50,163 bases of DNA, from positions 1-50,163 of IMG/VR virus record IMGVR_UViG_3300009528_000007; one strand, 5' to 3'. Shown here piece after piece: positions 45,243 through 50,163 of this stretch. The position numbers were made by a program, and so were the translations under genes. Under the pieces are notes generated by a model. It did no database searches. It had not been told where the DNA came from and saw nothing but the letters and a program-made list of their open reading frames with translations. The stretch is from a virus. Lineage: Duplodnaviria; Caudoviricetes. The number at the start of each line of letters is the position of its first letter. Positions within the stretch are counted from its first letter, which is position 1.

Positions 45243-47594
45243 ATGCCTGAGCAAGAAGATTATCTAACCAAGTGGATGAACCCAACCCAACAACCCCAAG
45301 CTACCCAGAAACAAACTGATTATTTATCCAAGTGGATGGAGCAGGCTAAACCCATCACACCCGAGGGTGGCACTTCTCGTTGGCAAGAAGAATTCTGGCC
45401 TTCGCTAGGAGAAGTTGTTAAGGAGATACCCGCAGTCAAGGGTTGGTCTAAGTTTATAACTGAACAAGCTCCCTCAAAGGAGTTCTGGAAAAGATCGGGG
45501 AAAAACCTAGCAACCGAAATACAACAATTTATGCGTGAGAAAATCATAGACGAAAGAGAGGCTTCTAGGATAGCAGTAAGGCTTGGCGAGAAGATGAGCC
45601 CAGAACTACAAGAATGGTATGGTGAAAATGTATACAGGAGTGTCGTGGGCGGAGAAGAGCCACAGGCTATCCTTCAATCAATAAAGAAAAAACCTGGACT
45701 CAAGGAAATAGGAGTTGGTGCTGGAAAAGGTGTCATTGATTTTTTCACATACTTGCCAGAAATATTTGATAAGTTTGTCCAAAACCCTGGTGATACAATA
45801 GAAAATAACCCAGCAGGCATCTTGATGTTGGCCTTTGTAACCGCAAGAGGTGGGTACAAGTCAATGAAAGCAAAGGCAAAGGCTGGGAAGCCTACCACTG
45901 GGAAAGATATACACCGAGTTATAGATGAGATGCCTAATAAGCTTTTAAGTAAGAAACAAAAACTTGAGATAAAATCAAAGATTCCAGGACAGCTAGAATT
46001 ACCACTTGGAAACATAGAACAGCTATCCCCGTATCAGAAAGTTGTAAATGCTATTACAGAGGCGGGTAAAACCAGGAAAGTGCAGGAAGCATTGTATGTA
46101 GAAGCACGTGGGAAGAAGTTCGTAAAAGCAGAAGCAGTTGGCAAAAAGGTTAAGGGTGAAAAAGGATATTATACTGAGATAGCACAACTGAAGGGTGAAT
46201 TACCAAAAGCTGGGTTTGAATCTATTAGGAATAAACTAACACAGGCAGATATTGATTCAATGTTTAAACAGATTACTGATAGTCCAGCATTAACTTGGTT
46301 GGAAACAGTTCCAGCCAGAAAGGGACTTGCTAAATTATTTGGGGAATATGGTGGTGTTGTACCTACTGAAGGAGAATTAGTTTTACTAAATCGTGTTTTC
46401 CCCAAGGAATTTATTCAAACTATAATGAGTAAGCGTCCCGTGTGGGATAAAATTAAGACTGGTATGCTAGAGGGAGCAAATGTTCCTCGGGCACTTATGG
46501 CATCGTTTGATTTATCTTTTGGTCTCAGGCAGGGCGTGTTTCTTGCAGCTCGCTATCCCAAGGAGTTTGCAAAATCTTTCGCTGCTCAATTCAAGTTATT
46601 CGGGAGCGAAAAAGCATCCAAGTTACTAAGTGAAGAAATAGCCAGTCGCCCAACTTATAAACTAATGAAGCGATACGGTAAAAAACAACTGGCACTTACG
46701 GAGATGGACGCTACTCTTAGTTTGCGAGAGGAAGCATTTATGGGAGCAGCGTGGGCAGAGAAAATACCACTCGTTGGCAAGGGAGTTAGGGCATCGAATA
46801 GGGCATACACTGGTTTTGCAAATAAACTAAGGGCAGATGTGTTCGACCATTTAGTAAGGGCAGCCGAGAAGACTGGACGCAACCCATGGAAAGACCCTAA
46901 GCTCGTAGATAGTATTATTGAGTTCGTTAACGCAGGGAGTGGGCGTGGTTCGTGGAAGATACTTGAAAGGTCTGCCGTCAATCTCAACACAGTTCTGTTT
47001 TCACCAAGATTAATGGCCTCCCGACTAAACTTACTTAATCCTGGGTTTTATATAAAGCTAGACCCATTTGTCAGGAAGCAAGCATTACAATCTTTATTTG
47101 CATTTGCAGGAGCAGCTACAACTGTCTTAGGGATGGCAAGGTTAGCTGGTGCTGATGTAGAGACTAATATGCGCAGTGCTGACTTTGGTAAGATTAGAAT
47201 TGAGGATACTCGTATCGACATTATGGGTGGTTTCCAACAATACATTAGAACGGCAGCACAGTTCACGACTGGTCAGATTAAAAGCACGACAACGGGAGAA
47301 ATCACTGGAGTTGGCGAGGGATATAAGCCTCCAACTAGGTTGGGTCTTGTGGGGAGGGGATTGGAATATAAACTAGCCCCTGTCGCATCTTTTGCTGTTG
47401 CTTTATTGCGAGGCCGTGGCCCCTTTGGTGGAAGCATACCTAGTGAAGCTGCCAAAAAGTTTGTACCGATGGTTATGCAAGACATATATGAATTAGCTGA
47501 AGAAGATCCCGAGTTGTTGCCAGTGTCTATCTTAGGAATTTTTGGTACTGGGATACAAACATATGGCACAAGAGGTCCGAAGGTTATTTATTAA
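45243..47594 (+). CDS. Large internal virion/ejection protein
   Basis: 783 aa; ASFDLS..LRQG, LFSPRL and S.DFGKI motifs seen in large podovirus ejection proteins. Confidence 0.6.
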   Translation: MPEQEDYLTKWMNPTQQPQATQKQTDYLSKWMEQAKPITPEGGTSRWQEEFWPSLGEVVKEIPAVKGWSKFITEQAPSKEFWKRSGKNLATEIQQFMREKIIDEREASRIAVRLGEKMSPELQEWYGENVYRSVVGGEEPQAILQSIKKKPGLKEIGVGAGKGVIDFFTYLPEIFDKFVQNPGDTIENNPAGILMLAFVTARGGYKSMKAKAKAGKPTTGKDIHRVIDEMPNKLLSKKQKLEIKSKIPGQLELPLGNIEQLSPYQKVVNAITEAGKTRKVQEALYVEARGKKFVKAEAVGKKVKGEKGYYTEIAQLKGELPKAGFESIRNKLTQADIDSMFKQITDSPALTWLETVPARKGLAKLFGEYGGVVPTEGELVLLNRVFPKEFIQTIMSKRPVWDKIKTGMLEGANVPRALMASFDLSFGLRQGVFLAARYPKEFAKSFAAQFKLFGSEKASKLLSEEIASRPTYKLMKRYGKKQLALTEMDATLSLREEAFMGAAWAEKIPLVGKGVRASNRAYTGFANKLRADVFDHLVRAAEKTGRNPWKDPKLVDSIIEFVNAGSGRGSWKILERSAVNLNTVLFSPRLMASRLNLLNPGFYIKLDPFVRKQALQSLFAFAGAATTVLGMARLAGADVETNMRSADFGKIRIEDTRIDIMGGFQQYIRTAAQFTTGQIKSTTTGEITGVGEGYKPPTRLGLVGRGLEYKLAPVASFAVALLRGRGPFGGSIPSEAAKKFVPMVMQDIYELAEEDPELLPVSILGIFGTGIQTYGTRGPKVIY

Positions 47595-47595
47595 A

Positions 47596-47793
47596 ATGGG
47601 TAAAATAAAAGTTAGGACTTCTATTGCTTTTTTGATTTGGGCTGCTCTGCTCAGCGGTGCCTTTGTGTTTACTGGATTTCGTGAAACTGCCCAATTCAGC
47701 ACCTACGCTACGTGGATTACGCTGGGACTCACGGCATACACAGGGAAGCGATTATTTCAGAGGCATCAGAAACTTAATGGTGGAAAGCAATGA
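47596..47793 (+). CDS. Putative holin (2 TM helices)
   Basis: Two hydrophobic helices and basic tail. Confidence 0.45.
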   Translation: MGKIKVRTSIAFLIWAALLSGAFVFTGFRETAQFSTYATWITLGLTAYTGKRLFQRHQKLNGGKQ

Positions 47794-48404
47794 ACCTAAA
47801 GGGTGTCACAGTAGTTGTCGCACTAAGCTTGGCGATGGTGTTTCTCTTGATGGACAAATGCGGCAACTCCCGCAAGGCGGATGAGTTGAAGGAGCGGTAT
47901 GAAGAAGCCAGTCAGATAGCTAAAGTGGAGAGGCTGATAAAGGAAGAGATAATAAAGGAACAAGAGAAGAGGATTGAAGAACAAGATTTACTAATCGCTG
48001 AAGCTAATAAAAAGGTTGAGATAAAGGAGAGTCATATTTCAATTTTGGGTAATACGGTTACTGAGCTAGAGGAAGAGTTTGGTGGCCTTGCCGACAAAGA
48101 CGCCAAAATTGACAACCTCATGAAACAAGTCGAAGTGTGGAAGGAGAAGTTTTCACTAAGCCAGAGTATTATTGCAGATAAAGATGACATAATATTCAGC
48201 CTTACTGCACAATATCAGGCACAACTGGTCATTAGTAATGCATATAAAGATATGTATGATACCCTTACCTTGAATATGAAGAAGCTAGAATCTATTGTAA
48301 CCGCTCAGGATTGGCAAATAAAAAGACTCAAGCTAACTGGTGGGCTTAAAACAAGTATAGTATTAGGTTTAGCTGGACTTATTATCTTCAATATGGTAAA
48401 ATAA
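47790..48404 (+). CDS. Membrane-anchored coiled-coil protein (spanin-like)
   Basis: N-terminal TM, long coiled coil, C-terminal hydrophobic segment. Confidence 0.5.
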   Translation: MNLKGVTVVVALSLAMVFLLMDKCGNSRKADELKERYEEASQIAKVERLIKEEIIKEQEKRIEEQDLLIAEANKKVEIKESHISILGNTVTELEEEFGGLADKDAKIDNLMKQVEVWKEKFSLSQSIIADKDDIIFSLTAQYQAQLVISNAYKDMYDTLTLNMKKLESIVTAQDWQIKRLKLTGGLKTSIVLGLAGLIIFNMVK

Positions 48405-48408
48405 ATAT

Positions 48409-48807
48409 ATGAACAAATATAGAAAAGTCATGGAACAAAAACTAGGGAGGAAATTAAATCCCAAAGAACTAGTACACCATAAAGACGGCGACTCACATAA
48501 TGATAACCCAGGAAATTTAGCATTAACAGACAACAAAACACATCCAACATTACCTCACCTTGACTCCAAGGAGTGGGAAAGGGTTGTTCTAAATATACTT
48601 GAGAAAGAAGGTGATTTTCGGGGAGTTTCATTAAGTAGGAGTTTGGATGCTTTTTTTACCGCAAGACAAAAGGAAATTATTTTCAGTAGGTTACATGAAT
48701 TCTCCCAATCTAAAACAGAACAAGAGTACTATTCTCGTACCATAAAGAAGAAATTACGAGCCTTGGCAAATCCTATGCTACAAAGACTTGTAAATTACAT
48801 ATTATAA
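48409..48807 (+). CDS. HNH endonuclease domain protein
   Basis: LGRKL...ELVHHKDGDSHNDNPGNL. Confidence 0.75.
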   Translation: MNKYRKVMEQKLGRKLNPKELVHHKDGDSHNDNPGNLALTDNKTHPTLPHLDSKEWERVVLNILEKEGDFRGVSLSRSLDAFFTARQKEIIFSRLHEFSQSKTEQEYYSRTIKKKLRALANPMLQRLVNYIL

Positions 48808-48821
48808 TTAAAGGATTAATT

Positions 48822-49004
48822 ATGGACATAAATGGACTACACCAAATTGTTATTTTTCTACGTGAGGACTTTAAAGCCTTTCGGAACAACGAGTTTCATT
48901 CGCTTGAAGAAAAAGTTAATAAACTTAGTGTAAAAATTGCTTGGATGCTGGGTGGCTTCACTGTGTTAAACGGACTAGTCTGGGTGTTGATTAAGATACT
49001 ATGA
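48822..49004 (+). CDS. Small membrane protein (XhlA/holin-like)
   Basis: Coiled coil followed by C-terminal TM helix. Confidence 0.5.
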   Translation: MDINGLHQIVIFLREDFKAFRNNEFHSLEEKVNKLSVKIAWMLGGFTVLNGLVWVLIKIL

Positions 49005-49258
49005 CCAAGAAACTCGTACCCATTGACCATCACAAAGAGAAAGACCTGAGACTCATACGTGAAAGACTACTAAAGATCATCAAAGATGAGGACTCCAAGG
49101 CTAAAGATGTAACAGATGCCTCGAAGCTACTCGCTAGAGTCCATAAAGCACTACTCCCAGAAAAGATAGAGAAGGTATCACCCGAAGAAAAGAAAAGAGA
49201 ACAAGAGCTGACAGATACAGATAAGGATGTAATAAAGGAAGCTCTTGGATTTAGCTAA
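49001..49258 (+). CDS. terS: Putative terminase small subunit
   Basis: Overlaps the terL start; helical, D...ASKLL motif. Confidence 0.5.
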   Translation: MTKKLVPIDHHKEKDLRLIRERLLKIIKDEDSKAKDVTDASKLLARVHKALLPEKIEKVSPEEKKREQELTDTDKDVIKEALGFS

Positions 49259-50163
49259 CCTCACTCTCTCTCAACTCCGCTTCATCACCGACAGCTCACT
49301 CTTTTGGTTTATCAAGATTTTCGGGAGGGCGGCAAAGGAAGCGGGTGAGGACTCCACTCTAGAAATTCATAAGCCACTCTGCGACTGGTGGCAAGACCCC
49401 AACAATAAGAGAATCGGACTTGGTATGCCTCGTGACTGGTTGAAAAGCACGGACTTCACATGTTGGGATGCCATACGAGACTATCTTCTAAACCCAGAGG
49501 AACGGCAGCTTATCGGCATGGAGAAAGCAGGGTTAGCTAAGAAGAAACTAAACTGGATAAAACAACAACTCCTGAGTAATAAACTTCTTAGGAAAGTCTA
49601 CGCCGATAGACTCCATAAAGTTACTCCCGCATGGACTAAGGATAAAGATGTTCGCTGGAGTTCTGAGATAATAGATTTACCACGAGAGGGAATATATGCT
49701 GACCCTAGTATCCAAATTGTTGGGATAAAGAGTGCTGCTCAATCAGGACATTTCACCATAATTAGACCCGACGATATTATCGGAAAGGCCGCTCTTGATT
49801 CTATAGTTGTAATGAAGAATGCCTTCACGTGGATAGACAACTTAAATGAACTTCTCGTTGACCCTCACTGGGAGAGACCATCGGGTAGTAGGATTAAAAT
49901 GGTCGGCTCTCCTTGGGGAGAAGGAGATGTGTATGACTATACCAGGAGAGAATACCCAGAGTATCAATGGAAGATAGCCCCCGCTTTAAAGGATATAGAA
50001 CTAAAGGATACAGAACAGATTACTTGGGTGCAGAATCCCAATGTCGGAGATGGTGAATCAAATTTCCCAATGTTCCCTACTAAGTACTACAAGACAATGA
50101 TGGCAAACCCAGAGAAGCAATCAATCTTTTGGTCTCAGCACCAGTGTAACCCACAGAAAGCGA
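49245..50163 (+). CDS. terL: Terminase large subunit, N-terminal ATPase part (continues at 1..812; about 535 aa in total)
   Basis: Not in the ORF track. Manual translation from TTG at 49245 (AAGGAAG upstream) gives MDLANLTLSQLRFITD...GMPRDWLKST (Walker A-like)...IIRPDD (Walker B-like)...MVGSPW, in frame with ORF 30..812. Confidence 0.85.
   Translation, partial: MDLANLTLSQLRFITDSSLFWFIKIFGRAAKEAGEDSTLEIHKPLCDWWQDPNNKRIGLGMPRDWLKSTDFTCWDAIRDYLLNPEERQLIGMEKAGLAKKKLNWIKQQLLSNKLLRKVYADRLHKVTPAWTKDKDVRWSSEIIDLPREGIYADPSIQIVGIKSAAQSGHFTIIRPDDIIGKAALDSIVVMKNAFTWIDNLNELLVDPHWERPSGSRIKMVGSPWGEGDVYDYTRREYPEYQWKIAPALKDIELKDTEQITWVQNPNVGDGESNFPMFPTKYYKTMMANPEKQSIFWSQHQCNPQKA
50041..50163. repeat. Terminal direct repeat, copy 2
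   Basis: Identical to 1-123. Confidence 0.95.

Noticed and set aside
50041-50163. Biological direct terminal repeat of the virion DNA
   Set aside because: It falls in the middle of terL and is most simply an assembler circularisation overlap
1-50163. Alternative genetic code or stop-codon reassignment
   Set aside because: Core genes are full length under the standard code and end in TAA, TAG and TGA
1-50163. tRNA or rRNA genes
   Set aside because: No cloverleaf with a T-loop GTTCRA and acceptor stem was recognised by eye; tRNAscan-SE would be decisive

Overview
This window is an apparently complete, circularly permuted ~50,040-bp tailed-phage genome with podovirus-like architecture. Bases 1-123 repeat at 50041-50163, and the terminase large subunit reads through that junction. 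The left arm (813-16755, minus strand) holds replication, recombination and many tiny accessory genes: a DnaB/RecA-like ATPase, a PD-(D/E)XK exonuclease, an SSB-like protein, an Hjc-like resolvase, a metallophosphoesterase and HTH regulators. The right arm (plus strand) holds a DNA methyltransferase, accessory paralogues, portal, scaffold, capsid, tail, ejection and lysis genes, plus GroES and four HNH endonucleases. I recognised no integrase, DNA polymerase, tRNA or CRISPR array. The main discovery is a set of nine XerC/XerD dif-like sites (consensus GTGTCGCATAA-N2-6-TTATGTCAACT). Seven of them sit in direct orientation at boundaries between small genes, typically with the upstream stop codon in or beside the XerC arm and the next gene's ribosome-binding site directly after the XerD arm. 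This looks like an integron-like cassette array run by the host Xer recombinases. A second motif, AAATCGGG(G)YAAR, marks the 3' ends of about a dozen other accessory genes in different reading frames. There are also several candidate structured RNAs and a tandem paralogue family with constant ends and a variable middle. All functional calls come from motif recognition by eye; no database searches were run.
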